The notes under the pieces are model-generated. The model did no database searches. It had not been told where the DNA came from and saw nothing but the letters and a program-made list of their open reading frames with translations. Below, in pieces: positions 38,354-48,684 of a stretch of DNA of 64,000 bases; positions within the stretch are counted from its first letter, which is position 1; each line of letters opens with the position of its first letter. Source of the DNA: a bacterium (GTDB lineage: Bacteria; Patescibacteriota; Minisyncoccia; Phycocordibacterales; UBA9973); assembly GCA_037130655.1 (NCBI GenBank), contig JBAXSP010000004.1:337-64336 (forward strand). The letters run 5' to 3'. A program made the position numbers and the translations under genes.

Positions 38354-38941
38354 TTATTCCTCGAATTTCGGAAGATAGTCTTTCACATATCGTTCCTCAC
38401 ACTCTTTGATCACTTTAATTGCTTCGTCTTTTTCGAAGAAACCAAGTGGTTTACAAGTGCCAGGTTTTTTCAAGTGTTTGTAATACTCAAAATAATGTTC
38501 AACTTCTTTCATCCAGTGTTCACCCAAGTCTGTATATGACTTAATGTGATCCATTCGTTTGTCGTCTGCGAGTACAGTAATGATTTTGTCATCACGTTCT
38601 CCGCCGTCTTCGAATTTCATCACACCAATAACTCGAAGCTCAGCCAAAGATCCAGGTAATAATGTTTCTGTTACATTTGCAACAACAACATCAAGTAAAT
38701 CTCCGTCTTCATCCCATGTTTTTGGAATAAGTCCGTAGGTGATAGGGTAGGCAAGAGAAGAGTATCCGACACGATCAAGCTTTAATACACCAGCTTCAGT
38801 AATATATTCGTATTTGTTGATTGTGTTTGGTGTAATTTCTATCAATCCGTTTACAACACCTTTTTCTTCATCAACAAAAGCTGGAAGAATATGTTGTAAA
38901 TTCAACATGTACTTTGATGGTTTGTGGTCGATGTTTGCCAT
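38354..38941 (-). CDS. ppa: Inorganic pyrophosphatase (family I)
   Basis: ...NGLIEITPNTINKYEY...LDRVGYSSLAYPITYGLIPKTWDEDGDLLDVVV... matches soluble PPase. The start at 38941 removes the overlap with nusA. Confidence 0.85.
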   Translation of the reverse strand: MANIDHKPSKYMLNLQHILPAFVDEEKGVVNGLIEITPNTINKYEYITEAGVLKLDRVGYSSLAYPITYGLIPKTWDEDGDLLDVVVANVTETLLPGSLAELRVIGVMKFEDGGERDDKIITVLADDKRMDHIKSYTDLGEHWMKEVEHYFEYYKHLKKPGTCKPLGFFEKDEAIKVIKECEERYVKDYLPKFEE

Positions 38942-38942
38942 A

Positions 38943-40229
38943 TTATGCAGTTTCTTCAACGATTTCTGCTACAGTTTCGACATCTTCTTGTGACAAACCT
39001 TCTTCTGTTGCTTCTTCAAGTGCTTCAGTAACAGCTTCACCAAGATCTGCACCACTGTTTTTCTTTTCTTCACGCTCATCTGAAGCCATAATTGTGTCGT
39101 CTACAACAATATCACCAACAGTACCTTTGATATCAATTCTCCAACCAGTAAGCTTCGCAGCGAGACGAACATTTTGTCCTCCTTTACCGATTGCAAGAGA
39201 TAGTTGATCTTCAGCAACTTCAACAGACGCTTTGTGTTCTGTTTCGTCGATTTCGATGTTCAATACTTTTGCAGGAGACAGAGAGTTTGAAATAAATTCA
39301 GCTGGACTTTCTGACCATGGAATAATATCAATCTTTTCTCCGTTTAGTTCATTTGAAACAGTTGTAACACGAACTCCGCGTCCTCCGACACACGCACCGA
39401 TAGGGTCTACTTGGTCATCATTTGAGTGTACAGCGATTTTTGAACGAGAACCTGGTTCACGAGCGATTGATTTGATTTCAACTGTTCCTGACGCAATTTC
39501 TGGTGCTTCAATTTCAAACAATGCATGCAAGAATTTAGGATGTGTACGAGAAAGTCTCAAATTTACTCCGCGAACTGATTCTTCAACAGAGAAGAGGTAT
39601 GCACGAATACGATCTCCGCGATTCCAACGTTCTCCAGGGATTTGTTCTTCAGGAGAAAGTACTCCAGTTGCACGATTGAAATCAACAAAAAGCATTCCTT
39701 TTTCTACTTTTTGGACATACCCATTCACAATTTCACCTTCTTTGTCTCCGTATTCATCAATGATTGTTGAACGTTCTGCTTCACGAATCTTTTGAATAAT
39801 CACCTGTTTAGCTGTTTGAGCAGCAACACGCCCAAAATCTGCTTTGTTTTCAAGTGGAAAAATGATTTCATCTTCCAATTCAGCATCTTTTTTGATTTTC
39901 TTCGCGTCTTCCAAGAAAATATGATGTTCTTCATTGTAACGAACACGCATATCTCCTTCTTCAAGCACTTCTTCAGCAGGTTCTTCACCTTCTGTTTCTT
40001 CAACAATACGAACAAGTGTGTCATCTACAACGATTTTTACTTGAGAAAAATCTGTTTCTCCTGTTTCCATATCAAAAGAACAACGAACGATTTGTCCTTT
40101 TTTTCCGTAATCTTTTTTGTATGCAGCAGCCAAAGATTGCTCAATAGCTTCAATTATTTTATCTTTTGGTATTTTTCGCTCTTCTTCTAGTTGAATAAGG
40201 GCGAGTTTCATTGTTTTTAAGTCAAACAT
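38943..40229 (-). CDS. nusA: Transcription termination/antitermination factor NusA
   Basis: N-terminal NusA domain, S1 and tandem KH domains, and an acidic C-terminal tail. Confidence 0.9.
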   Translation of the reverse strand: MFDLKTMKLALIQLEEERKIPKDKIIEAIEQSLAAAYKKDYGKKGQIVRCSFDMETGETDFSQVKIVVDDTLVRIVEETEGEEPAEEVLEEGDMRVRYNEEHHIFLEDAKKIKKDAELEDEIIFPLENKADFGRVAAQTAKQVIIQKIREAERSTIIDEYGDKEGEIVNGYVQKVEKGMLFVDFNRATGVLSPEEQIPGERWNRGDRIRAYLFSVEESVRGVNLRLSRTHPKFLHALFEIEAPEIASGTVEIKSIAREPGSRSKIAVHSNDDQVDPIGACVGGRGVRVTTVSNELNGEKIDIIPWSESPAEFISNSLSPAKVLNIEIDETEHKASVEVAEDQLSLAIGKGGQNVRLAAKLTGWRIDIKGTVGDIVVDDTIMASDEREEKKNSGADLGEAVTEALEEATEEGLSQEDVETVAEIVEETA

Positions 40230-40436
40230 ATTTTATTTTTATTTAATTTTGCTAATTTTTCTAAAAATAATGCCCGCTTTTGGCGGACATTACTATTAAT
40301 ATCTTTATATTACATAACAAAACAGGAAAACACAAGTCATTCACTTTTTATTTTTTATTGTTGTAATGATTTTTTATTTTTTCAAAAAAATGTAAAACAG
40401 GCTTTGTTTTGTAAGACTATTAACAACTTGTTCAGG

Positions 40437-40487
40437 TTATCCACAGGTTTTCAACATATTTTTTAGATTTTGGGGAGTTTATCCACA
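40437..40487 (+). promoter_or_regulatory. Two perfect DnaA boxes (TTATCCACA) upstream of dnaA
   Basis: ttatccaca at 40437-40445 and 40479-40487, within the AT-rich region preceding the dnaA start. Confidence 0.75.
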
Positions 40488-40503
40488 GAACATAAAAGCT
40501 ATA

Positions 40504-41856
40504 ATGTTTTTTATGCAAGACTACAAACAACTTTGGGATAGCTGTTTAATCGAAATAGAGTCAGGTCTTTCAAAAGCCAATTTTAATACTTGGTTTAAAA
40601 ATACATCAATAATCAAACAAGACGCCGGTACGGTATATATCGGAGTACCAAATGAATTCGTCAAAGAGTGGTTAGTAACAAGATTCAATAAATTGATACT
40701 AAAAACACTTATGAATTACACGGAAAATATCCGTGGAGTAGAATATACCATTGTAAAACAAGATCAAAACAAGAAAAATATCGAAAATAGTCCATCATAT
40801 CAGAACGCAACACTTCCGCTCGACGATTTATATGTGAACAAAGAGGATAATTTGAATCCTCGATATATTCTAGATACTTTTATTGTTGGATCATTCAACG
40901 AGTTGGCTTATGCTGCCTCTCAAGCAATTATCAAGGCACCAGGAAAGAGTTATAACCCGTTTTTTGTCTATGGAAATAGTGGTCTCGGAAAAACACACCT
41001 CATTGAGGCAATAGGGAACACTATTAAGAAGAATGATTCGAGTAAAAAGATTTACTATACAACACTTGAGCGTTTCTATATTGAGTGTGTAAATGCTATT
41101 CAAGCCAATAAAATCAATATTTTCAAGGAAAAATACCGAAAATTCGACGTGTTGATTATTGATGACGTCCAATTTATTACCGGAAAAACTCGTACACAAG
41201 ATGAATTGTTCCATGTTTTCAATACTTTGTATGACACAAACAAACAAATCGTGTTTTCATCTGATAAACACCCCAATTTCATTGCCGGCCTCGAAGATCG
41301 TTTGAAGTCACGCTTTTCTCAAGGGATGATCGTTGAAGTACTTGAACCAGAATATGAGTCTCGTATTGCCATTTTGAACGAAAAAGCAAAACAAATGAAT
41401 AAAAACATTAATCCTGAGGTAATTGAATATATTGCATCGGTGGTTGAAGGGAATATTCGTGAACTAGAGGGGACTTTGAACTCTATTATCTGCCAAAGTG
41501 ATCTTCGAAACCGCCCAGTAGACATCAACGAAGTCAAACAATTCCTCAAAAACGTTGTTCGTCCCAAAAAACAGGTAGCTGTCGAAGAAGTCGTCAAAAC
41601 AATTGCTGATTTCTACGGTATAGACGAGCAATCTATCTATGAAAAGACTCGTCGTAAGGAAATTGTCCACGCAAGACAGATGGTAATGTTTATTCTCCGT
41701 GAAGAATTCAGTGTCTCTTTCCCATTAATCGGTCAAAAACTAGGAGGGAAGGATCACACAACAGTGATTCACTCGTGTACAAAAATAAAATCAGAATTAT
41801 TACACAATCCAGTACTTGGTCAAGAGCTTGAAAAACTAAAAATCTTGTTCAGATAA
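40504..41856 (+). CDS. dnaA: Chromosomal replication initiator protein DnaA
   Basis: AAA+ core (GNSGLGKTHL), the sensor/box VII region, and a C-terminal DNA-binding domain (...HARQMVMFILREEF...LGGKDHTTV...). Confidence 0.95.
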   Translation: MFFMQDYKQLWDSCLIEIESGLSKANFNTWFKNTSIIKQDAGTVYIGVPNEFVKEWLVTRFNKLILKTLMNYTENIRGVEYTIVKQDQNKKNIENSPSYQNATLPLDDLYVNKEDNLNPRYILDTFIVGSFNELAYAASQAIIKAPGKSYNPFFVYGNSGLGKTHLIEAIGNTIKKNDSSKKIYYTTLERFYIECVNAIQANKINIFKEKYRKFDVLIIDDVQFITGKTRTQDELFHVFNTLYDTNKQIVFSSDKHPNFIAGLEDRLKSRFSQGMIVEVLEPEYESRIAILNEKAKQMNKNINPEVIEYIASVVEGNIRELEGTLNSIICQSDLRNRPVDINEVKQFLKNVVRPKKQVAVEEVVKTIADFYGIDEQSIYEKTRRKEIVHARQMVMFILREEFSVSFPLIGQKLGGKDHTTVIHSCTKIKSELLHNPVLGQELEKLKILFR

Positions 41857-42236
41857 TAAATAAAATTGTGGATAAACCCTGTGGATACTGTGTGTAAAAG
41901 GATAGACAAGACTGTGAATAATAAAAAGTAAAAAGTGGATAAAAACAGGTGTGTAAAAGTTATATTTTTACCCCAAAGTTACCAACAGGATATTTTGTGT
42001 ATAAGTTTTACCAAAAGAAGCTTGTGGTATATAGAAAAAGAAGGTAATTAACACTATCAACAGACCTATCATAATCATCATATAATTATATATAATATAT
42101 AATATAACTATCTTAAAAACAGAAAACACAAAGATAGTTATATTTCGTCTTCGACTCGGACGACGTAAAAGTAACAATCTTTTACTCGCTCCTCGCTTGA
42201 CGAAATAACAACGTAAAAAATAATTAAACTAACGAC
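41857..42236 (+). promoter_or_regulatory. oriC: DnaA-box cluster plus AT-rich unwinding element between dnaA and dnaN
   Basis: tgtggataa, tgtggatac, tgtgaataa, agtggataa and tgtgtataa boxes. The 42070-42115 stretch is almost pure A/T (ataattatatataatatataatataact). Confidence 0.75.
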
Positions 42237-43334
42237 ATGAAATTCGAAGCCTCAATAGAAAAAATAAAAGAAGCGATTGTAAACACTGATCGAATTGCGG
42301 GCAAGAATTTATCATTACCAGTTCTTGGAAGTATCTTAATTATCGCATCAGATAAAAAGCTCAAATTGCGTTCTACAAACCTTAGTATCGGCATAGAGGT
42401 AGATGTACCCGCAAAAGTTGAAAAAGATGGCGTAGTGGCAGTACGTGCCGAAATACTGGCAGGTTTCTTCTCTAATCTAGTCGGTGGAGGAATGGTTTCT
42501 TTTGAACAAGTTGAAAACACTATTGTTCTTAGTACAAAACAAGTCACTTCTCGTATCAAAACAATTCCACACGAAGATTTTCCAACGATTCCAGTGATTG
42601 ATGGTGAAGGAAATAAGATTAATGCTCAAAAATTCAACGAAGGATTACGTGCAGTGTATTATTCAGCAGCTGTCTCTGATATCAAGCCTGAAATCGCAAG
42701 TATTTATGTGTATAAAGATGGTGAAAAGTTGGTATTCGTTGCAACAGACTCATTCCGTCTTTCTGAAAAGAAGATTCAGCAAAGTGTTGAAAATTTTGAA
42801 TCAATGTTGATTCCATGGAAAAATGTTGTTGAAATAATGCGGTTATTGGACAGTGTACAAGGAGATTTTGTTTTGACACACACAAAGACGCAGATTGCTA
42901 TCACTGACAAAGAACAAGGATTATACCTGACTTCTCGGGTGATCGACGGAAATTTCCCAGATTATCGACTTATTTTTCCAAAAGAAGTATTGATCGAAGT
43001 GAATATTTTGAAACAAGAATTTGTGCAGTCATTGAAATTGGCAACAATTTTTTCTGATAAATTCAATCAGATCACATTGAATATCAATGCGGATACAAAC
43101 ACTTGTTCTGTTGCTTCAAAAAACAACGAAACTGGTGAGCAAGATATTGTGGTTCCATGTAAAGTAACTGGCGGAAGTATCACCGCGAGTTTCAACTACA
43201 AACACTTTATGGATTGCTTTTCTTCAGTTGGTGGTGACACGGTCAAACTATCGTTTACTCAACCACAAAAACCAGTGCTGGTGAGCGGGACAGATAATAG
43301 TTTTACTTATTTGATAATGCCACTCAACCGCTAA
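42237..43334 (+). CDS. dnaN: DNA polymerase III beta sliding clamp
   Basis: 365 aa immediately downstream of dnaA/oriC, with the three-domain architecture. Typical N-terminal MKFEASIEKIKEAI... Confidence 0.9.
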   Translation: MKFEASIEKIKEAIVNTDRIAGKNLSLPVLGSILIIASDKKLKLRSTNLSIGIEVDVPAKVEKDGVVAVRAEILAGFFSNLVGGGMVSFEQVENTIVLSTKQVTSRIKTIPHEDFPTIPVIDGEGNKINAQKFNEGLRAVYYSAAVSDIKPEIASIYVYKDGEKLVFVATDSFRLSEKKIQQSVENFESMLIPWKNVVEIMRLLDSVQGDFVLTHTKTQIAITDKEQGLYLTSRVIDGNFPDYRLIFPKEVLIEVNILKQEFVQSLKLATIFSDKFNQITLNINADTNTCSVASKNNETGEQDIVVPCKVTGGSITASFNYKHFMDCFSSVGGDTVKLSFTQPQKPVLVSGTDNSFTYLIMPLNR

Positions 43335-43335
43335 T

Positions 43336-43593
43336 ATGGCCGAGCGAATGACGTCGTATATCGAGCAATTACTCGGTAAACTACAACAAAAAGAAAACGT
43401 TAAGAAAAAAATCGCCGAAATAATATTGTCTGTCACTAAGGTTCCAGTTGAACCGAAAAATATCAGCGCAAAAAATGGTGTCTTGTTCGTCAAAGAAAGC
43501 GGTATGAGAAAACAAGAGATTGTGATGAATAAGCAGAAGATTATTGAAGGAATACAAAAGGAAGTTGGTTCGCTTTTTCTTGATATAAAATAA
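43336..43593 (+). CDS. Small hypothetical protein downstream of dnaN (possibly DUF721-like)
   Basis: 85 aa. NGVLFVKESGMRKQEIVMNKQKIIEGIQKEVG is reminiscent of the conserved DUF721 segment. The assignment is weak. Confidence 0.3.
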   Translation: MAERMTSYIEQLLGKLQQKENVKKKIAEIILSVTKVPVEPKNISAKNGVLFVKESGMRKQEIVMNKQKIIEGIQKEVGSLFLDIK

Positions 43594-43603
43594 AACTCTT
43601 CTC

Positions 43604-43697
43604 AGTTGTAATTTTTTAAGAACACAGATATTTTTCTGGTGAAAAATTCCTTTGCTCGCCTACCCGGCTGCGCAAGTTTCTTAAAAAATTACAACTC
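43604..43697. mobile_element. MITE-like element, TTTTTCACCAGAAAAA-core family (copy B)
   Basis: 19-bp TIR agttgtaattttttaagaa / ttcttaaaaaattacaact. The core (rc) is gcgcagccgggtaggcgagcaaaggaaTTTTTCACCAGAAAAAta. Confidence 0.55.
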
Positions 43698-44131
43698 TAA
43701 AATATTTTGAAAAAATAAAAACTTCCGAATATCGGAAGTTTTTATTATAGAAAAAAGCTCGAATCTCCAAACAATCCTTGTGTTAATAAAAAAACAAGTA
43801 GTCAGATTGCAAAGGATAGCCCCAGCAGACGGTAAACCGTAACCAAGACGTCCTCTTTAAAATAACTTGAGCGTAAGCCGATTGCTTAGAGATTTGAGCC
43901 TTCTTTTGATATACTAGAAAAAATAGTATATACCATATTTTTAACCTGAAAACAGTTTAACATATTATACTTTTTTTGTCAACTACCTTGTTATAAAATC
44001 GTTATATATCAAATAAATGTAAGGATTTTCAGATGTAGATGAAATTCGATGAAAAAATGAGTATTCGAGCGAGATGTATAAATTATACATTGAGTGAGAA
44101 ACGGAATTTTTGAAGAAGAAGTTCGCTACAT

Positions 44132-45127
44132 ATGGAAATTCTAGATAGCATGCAAAAAGAACAGCACACAGACGGAAGACTCGACCAAACACTTCGCCCA
44201 AATACGTGGGATGAATATATTGGACAAGAACACATCAAAGAAAATGTGCGAATTTTGCTTGAAGCTGCAAAAGAACGTGAACACCATGCAGAGCATTTAC
44301 TTTTTTATGGGCCACCAGGACTCGGAAAAACAACACTCGCTCATTTGATTGCGAAACATACCGGTAGAAATATTCGTTCAACATCAGGGCCAGCGATTGA
44401 AAAAGTTGGTGACCTTGCATCGATTCTTACAAACCTAACAGCAGGAGATATTTTGTTTATTGATGAGATTCATCGGTTGAATAAAATGATTGAAGAAGTT
44501 TTGTATCCGGCAATGGAGTCTGGGGTGCTTGATATTATTATCGGAAAAGGGCCATCTGCTCGAACAATCCAACTTGAATTACCACCATTTACCTTGATTG
44601 CTGCAACGACTCGTGTGGCATCACTTTCTTCTCCGCTCCGTTCACGTTTTTCCGGTGGAACATTTCGATTGGAATTTTATACGAATGAAGAATTGAAAAA
44701 AATTATTGCTCGTTCGGCGAAGTTGCTTGGTATTGAGTTGTCTGATACTGCGCTAAATGAAATTGCGATTCGTAGTCGCAGTACTCCGAGAACTGCCAAT
44801 CATTTTCTCAAGCGTGCACGAGATTTTGCTCAAGTACACAAAAAAGAATTGGATGACAAAACTGTCCGTGAAGCATTGGCATTGCTCGGTATTGATGAAC
44901 TAGGTTTGACTCAAACAGATCGAAAAATATTGGAAGTAATGATTGAAAAATTCAATGGTGGGCCAGTTGGTTTGAACACAATCTCTGCTGCAACAGGAGA
45001 GGAAGAAGCAACAGTCGAAGAAGTCATCGAGCCGTACCTATTACAACTTGGTTTGATTGAACGGACACCAAGAGGAAGAACTGTGACTAAAAAAGCATAT
45101 ACCCATCTTGGTTTTGATTTGAAATAA
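44132..45127 (+). CDS. ruvB: Holliday junction branch-migration helicase RuvB
   Basis: LRPNTWDEYIGQEH...LLFYGPPGLGKTTLA...FIDEIHR plus the C-terminal winged-helix. Confidence 0.95.
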   Translation: MEILDSMQKEQHTDGRLDQTLRPNTWDEYIGQEHIKENVRILLEAAKEREHHAEHLLFYGPPGLGKTTLAHLIAKHTGRNIRSTSGPAIEKVGDLASILTNLTAGDILFIDEIHRLNKMIEEVLYPAMESGVLDIIIGKGPSARTIQLELPPFTLIAATTRVASLSSPLRSRFSGGTFRLEFYTNEELKKIIARSAKLLGIELSDTALNEIAIRSRSTPRTANHFLKRARDFAQVHKKELDDKTVREALALLGIDELGLTQTDRKILEVMIEKFNGGPVGLNTISAATGEEEATVEEVIEPYLLQLGLIERTPRGRTVTKKAYTHLGFDLK

Positions 45128-45219
45128 TTAAAATATGAAAAAATAAAAAGCGGAATATTCCGCTTTTTATTTTATTAAGGTCTATATTCTAATTACCGAC
45201 ATACTGATATACTTTCCAT

Positions 45220-45699
45220 ATGATTATTCTCGCTATTGATCCTGGTTTTGAACGATTGGGAATTGCAGTGATTGAAAAAACCACCGGACAAAAAGAAACA
45301 TTGGTTTATTCTGAGTGTTTTAAAACATCGGCAAAAATTCCACACCATGAAAGACTTGCACTAATTCAAACAAAATTTTTGGACATTATTCATATATACA
45401 AACCTGAGTGCTTGGCTATTGAAACATTACTTTTTTCAAACAACACAACAACTGCAATGCCGGTAGCTGAGGTTCGTGGTGTGTTGCTCTCGAATGCATC
45501 ATTGGAAGGACTCAAAATATTTGAATACAATCCAAATACAATCAAAGTAGCAGTAACGGGTTACGGGAAGTCTGACAAAGGGCAAGTTGCTCATATGGTA
45601 ACGAGACTTATTGATACGAAAAATAAAAAAATGATAGACGACGAACTTGATGCAATAGCTATTGGACTGACCTTTTTTGCTATCGAGAAAACAAACTAG
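45220..45699 (+). CDS. ruvC: Holliday junction resolvase RuvC
   Basis: MIILAIDPGFERLGIAV with the conserved catalytic Asp/Glu pattern. 159 aa. Confidence 0.85.
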   Translation: MIILAIDPGFERLGIAVIEKTTGQKETLVYSECFKTSAKIPHHERLALIQTKFLDIIHIYKPECLAIETLLFSNNTTTAMPVAEVRGVLLSNASLEGLKIFEYNPNTIKVAVTGYGKSDKGQVAHMVTRLIDTKNKKMIDDELDAIAIGLTFFAIEKTN

Positions 45700-45785
45700 T
45701 TTCTAATTAACAAAAACCCTTGCATCATTCTGTGGTTTTGGTATAAACGATAAATAATACTTTTAATAGATAATTTTTACGTGTA

Positions 45786-46025
45786 ATGACATACAACGAC
45801 GATACAGATAATCTTTATTGGGAAGATGACTTTGATGGTTCAACAAAGGGGCTTCATGATGAAAACGATGACGATCCATACACGGGTCATTTTGGTTTTA
45901 GTGTAAAAGATGGTGATGATGATGCTGATGTAGAAACAGCTCTTCCGTTGGAAGATGACGAACCGCTTATTGATGAAGACCTTGCTGGTCTTGCAGGAGA
46001 AAAAGAAGAAGAGGAAGCAGAGTAA
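45786..46025 (+). CDS. Small highly acidic hypothetical protein
   Basis: 79 aa with about 40% Asp/Glu. Confidence 0.35.
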   Translation: MTYNDDTDNLYWEDDFDGSTKGLHDENDDDPYTGHFGFSVKDGDDDADVETALPLEDDEPLIDEDLAGLAGEKEEEEAE

Positions 46026-46124
46026 TGTCTAATGACTAGTTACTAATGATCAATAATAAAACAACGAAGCCTATGGCTTCGTTGTTTTATGTTCGAAATA
46101 CTAGTCACTACTCATTAGTCATTA
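46023..46124. repeat. Heptamer-array/terminator composite element, copy 8
   Basis: taatgtctaatgactagttactaatgatcaataa / aaaacaacgaagcctatggcttcgttgtttt / atactagtcactactcattagtcatt. Confidence 0.7.
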
Positions 46125-46126
46125 TT

Positions 46127-48643
46127 TTAGTTTACATTAAACTGAATACTTGCTTCACCGCGGTTGTATACCGAGTCAACACCAACAACACGCAAGGTGT
46201 TTTCACTACCAACAGAAGATATTGCTGATGGGGTAAATGTGTAACTTGTGCCATTTGAAGAACCGATTAATATATTGTTGATATATACATCTATTTTTTT
46301 CAATGGATATACACCAGTAGATGAAACAGAAATGGTTACTGAATCACTTGCACCAACACTTACTCCATCGGTCGGAGTGTTAATTGTTATTTTGGGTTTT
46401 GTTGCCTCAGTGTGTACGTCATCATAACTTGTTGGTTTTGAACTTGCCGATACAGCAGGGTAACTATTTCTATTTTTGTTCCACCAATCTTGCACACTTG
46501 TTTCCCAGTGTGAGAATAGTCCATCACTACCTGGATCAAATGGTGCTGGGCCTGTTGGGTCATTTCTGTTTACCCAGTACAAAATGTCATGCACATTAGT
46601 AATCACTCGTTCCTGTTTTGTTTCTTCAGGGGTGAGATCTGTTGCAAGTTTGCCAGATATTTTGTCGATATAGAAACTTTCTCCACCAAGCCATGCACCA
46701 TGCAACACTGGTTTTTCAGGATAGGGAATTTGAGCTGTTGGGAAATTTTCTGGTTGTGTTTTTGAAAGCGCATAACGCATAAATTCATTCCATGTTGGAC
46801 CTGCAACTGCGGCACCACCTTTTTTCATTGGTTTATTGTCGTTGTTTCCCGCCCAGACACCAACGGCGATACTTGGAGTGTAGCCAACAAGCCATGCGTC
46901 TTTGTTGTTGTTGGTGGTACCTGTTTTTGCGGCAACTTGGCGTCCTTCTATGTAGAGTGCTGAATGTGCTCCAAATGTTGGAATACGTGCTTCGTTATCA
47001 GAGAGTACATTTGAAATCATGGCAGTCACATTCGGATCCATTGCTGGTGTTTCTTCTTGTTGGAATGATTCCAATTCTTTTCCTTCTTTGTCTTTGACTG
47101 AAAGAATAGGAGTAATTTTTTCTTTGACACCGTTGTTTGCAAATACACTGTACGCACTAGTCATATCAAGGAGTGACACTTCACCACCTCCGAGCACCAA
47201 AGAGAGTCCGTATTGGTTTTTGTCTCCCGTTAGGTTGACCCCGAGAGCTCGTGCGGTACGCATTGCTTCATCAACGCCAACCAAGTACAGTGTTTTCACT
47301 GCAGGGACGTTACGTGACTCTTGAAGGGCATCTCTCATACTGATAGGGCCTTTGAATTTGTTGTCGAAGTTGTCTGGGTTGTAACAATCTGCTTTTGTGC
47401 TTCCTGGGTTCGGTACGCTATATGCATTACAACGAGTAGAGAATTCTGTTCGAACATCAAACAGTGTTGTGTCTGGTGTATATCCTTTTGCAAATGCGGC
47501 CGCATAAACAAATGGTTTGAATGATGAACCTGGTTGTCTGCGAGCTGTTGCGATATTGAAGGCACCATCGATTTGTTTATCAAAATAATCTCTCGAACCA
47601 ACCATTGCAAGGATTTGTCCGTTTTTGGGATCAATAGCAACTAGTGCTTGGTTTGTTGCACCCCAATCTTTTTCTAGTTGTGGTGCGGTCTTTTTTGCTA
47701 TTTCTTCAGCTTTTTGTTGGAGATCGTAATCAAGTGTGGTGATGACATTTAATCCACCGGCTTCAAGCACACCGTCACCATATTTTTCTTGCAGGTAATT
47801 TTGAATATAAAAAACAAAGTGTGGTGCTTTGATGCCAGTTGATTCTTGTGGTTTGAATGTCACTACTTCGGCCTTTGCTTTGTCGAACTCTTCTTGAGTA
47901 ATTACCTTGGTTGCAAGCATTTTGTTCAAGACGGCGTTTTTACGGTCTTCAAGTAATGCGCGGTTTTTTCCATAGGGAGAATAAAGTGTCGGGCCTTTTG
48001 GAATAGCGGCAAGGTATGCAGATTCAGCAACAGTTAGATCAATTGGATTTTTGCCGAAGAACATCCGAGATGCTTCTTTGATTCCATACACTGTTCCGCC
48101 GTACGGAGATTCATTTAAATATAACGCCAAGATTTCATCTTTGGTCATTGTCTTTTCGATTTTCAAAGCCAAAACTACTTCTTTGATTTTTCGGGCAATA
48201 CTTTTGTCTTGAGTAAGCAGGGTGTTTTTGACTACTTGTTGGGTAATCGTTGAACCTCCTTGTTTTTTTGCACCACCATGAAGCAGGTTCACCAATACTG
48301 CGCGTGCAATAGAAGTCAAACGAATTCCATTGTGAGAATAGAATTGATCGTCTTCGATTGCGACTGTTGCTTTTTTGATGTTTTCTCCCATTTCAGAAAA
48401 TGGAATCTCAGTACGCTTGGTGTTTTTGTGAAAATCATACAAAACAATTTCACCTGTTCTATCATAGATCTTTGTTGAATTGATGACTTGTCGAGCGTCC
48501 ACATTTGAGAAATCTGGAACACCGACAAAGCCGACCCAGGCCACGATTGCTCCAACGAAGAACAATGCTGTCCCCATACCAAGGAGTACAAAATTGCGAA
48601 TAATATGCCACGTATTTTTATTAAATTTCTTTTTTATTTCCAT
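46127..48643 (-). CDS. Class A penicillin-binding protein (transglycosylase + transpeptidase, PBP1A-type)
   Basis: N-terminal TM, GT51 motifs (EDDQFYSHNGI, GGSTITQQ), transpeptidase motifs (SSFKP, KTGTT), and a C-terminal extension. Confidence 0.9.
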   Translation of the reverse strand: MEIKKKFNKNTWHIIRNFVLLGMGTALFFVGAIVAWVGFVGVPDFSNVDARQVINSTKIYDRTGEIVLYDFHKNTKRTEIPFSEMGENIKKATVAIEDDQFYSHNGIRLTSIARAVLVNLLHGGAKKQGGSTITQQVVKNTLLTQDKSIARKIKEVVLALKIEKTMTKDEILALYLNESPYGGTVYGIKEASRMFFGKNPIDLTVAESAYLAAIPKGPTLYSPYGKNRALLEDRKNAVLNKMLATKVITQEEFDKAKAEVVTFKPQESTGIKAPHFVFYIQNYLQEKYGDGVLEAGGLNVITTLDYDLQQKAEEIAKKTAPQLEKDWGATNQALVAIDPKNGQILAMVGSRDYFDKQIDGAFNIATARRQPGSSFKPFVYAAAFAKGYTPDTTLFDVRTEFSTRCNAYSVPNPGSTKADCYNPDNFDNKFKGPISMRDALQESRNVPAVKTLYLVGVDEAMRTARALGVNLTGDKNQYGLSLVLGGGEVSLLDMTSAYSVFANNGVKEKITPILSVKDKEGKELESFQQEETPAMDPNVTAMISNVLSDNEARIPTFGAHSALYIEGRQVAAKTGTTNNNKDAWLVGYTPSIAVGVWAGNNDNKPMKKGGAAVAGPTWNEFMRYALSKTQPENFPTAQIPYPEKPVLHGAWLGGESFYIDKISGKLATDLTPEETKQERVITNVHDILYWVNRNDPTGPAPFDPGSDGLFSHWETSVQDWWNKNRNSYPAVSASSKPTSYDDVHTEATKPKITINTPTDGVSVGASDSVTISVSSTGVYPLKKIDVYINNILIGSSNGTSYTFTPSAISSVGSENTLRVVGVDSVYNRGEASIQFNVN

Positions 48644-48684
48644 ATATAAATAGTATCACGATAGCAGGAAAAATTTTAGAAAAT

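Noticed and set aside
44132-45699. ruvB followed by ruvC without ruvA as a sign of a disrupted ruv operon
   Set aside because: Gene order of ruvA/B/C varies between lineages, and ruvA may be encoded elsewhere. Both ORFs are intact with their catalytic motifs, and there is no sequence evidence of disruption within the window.
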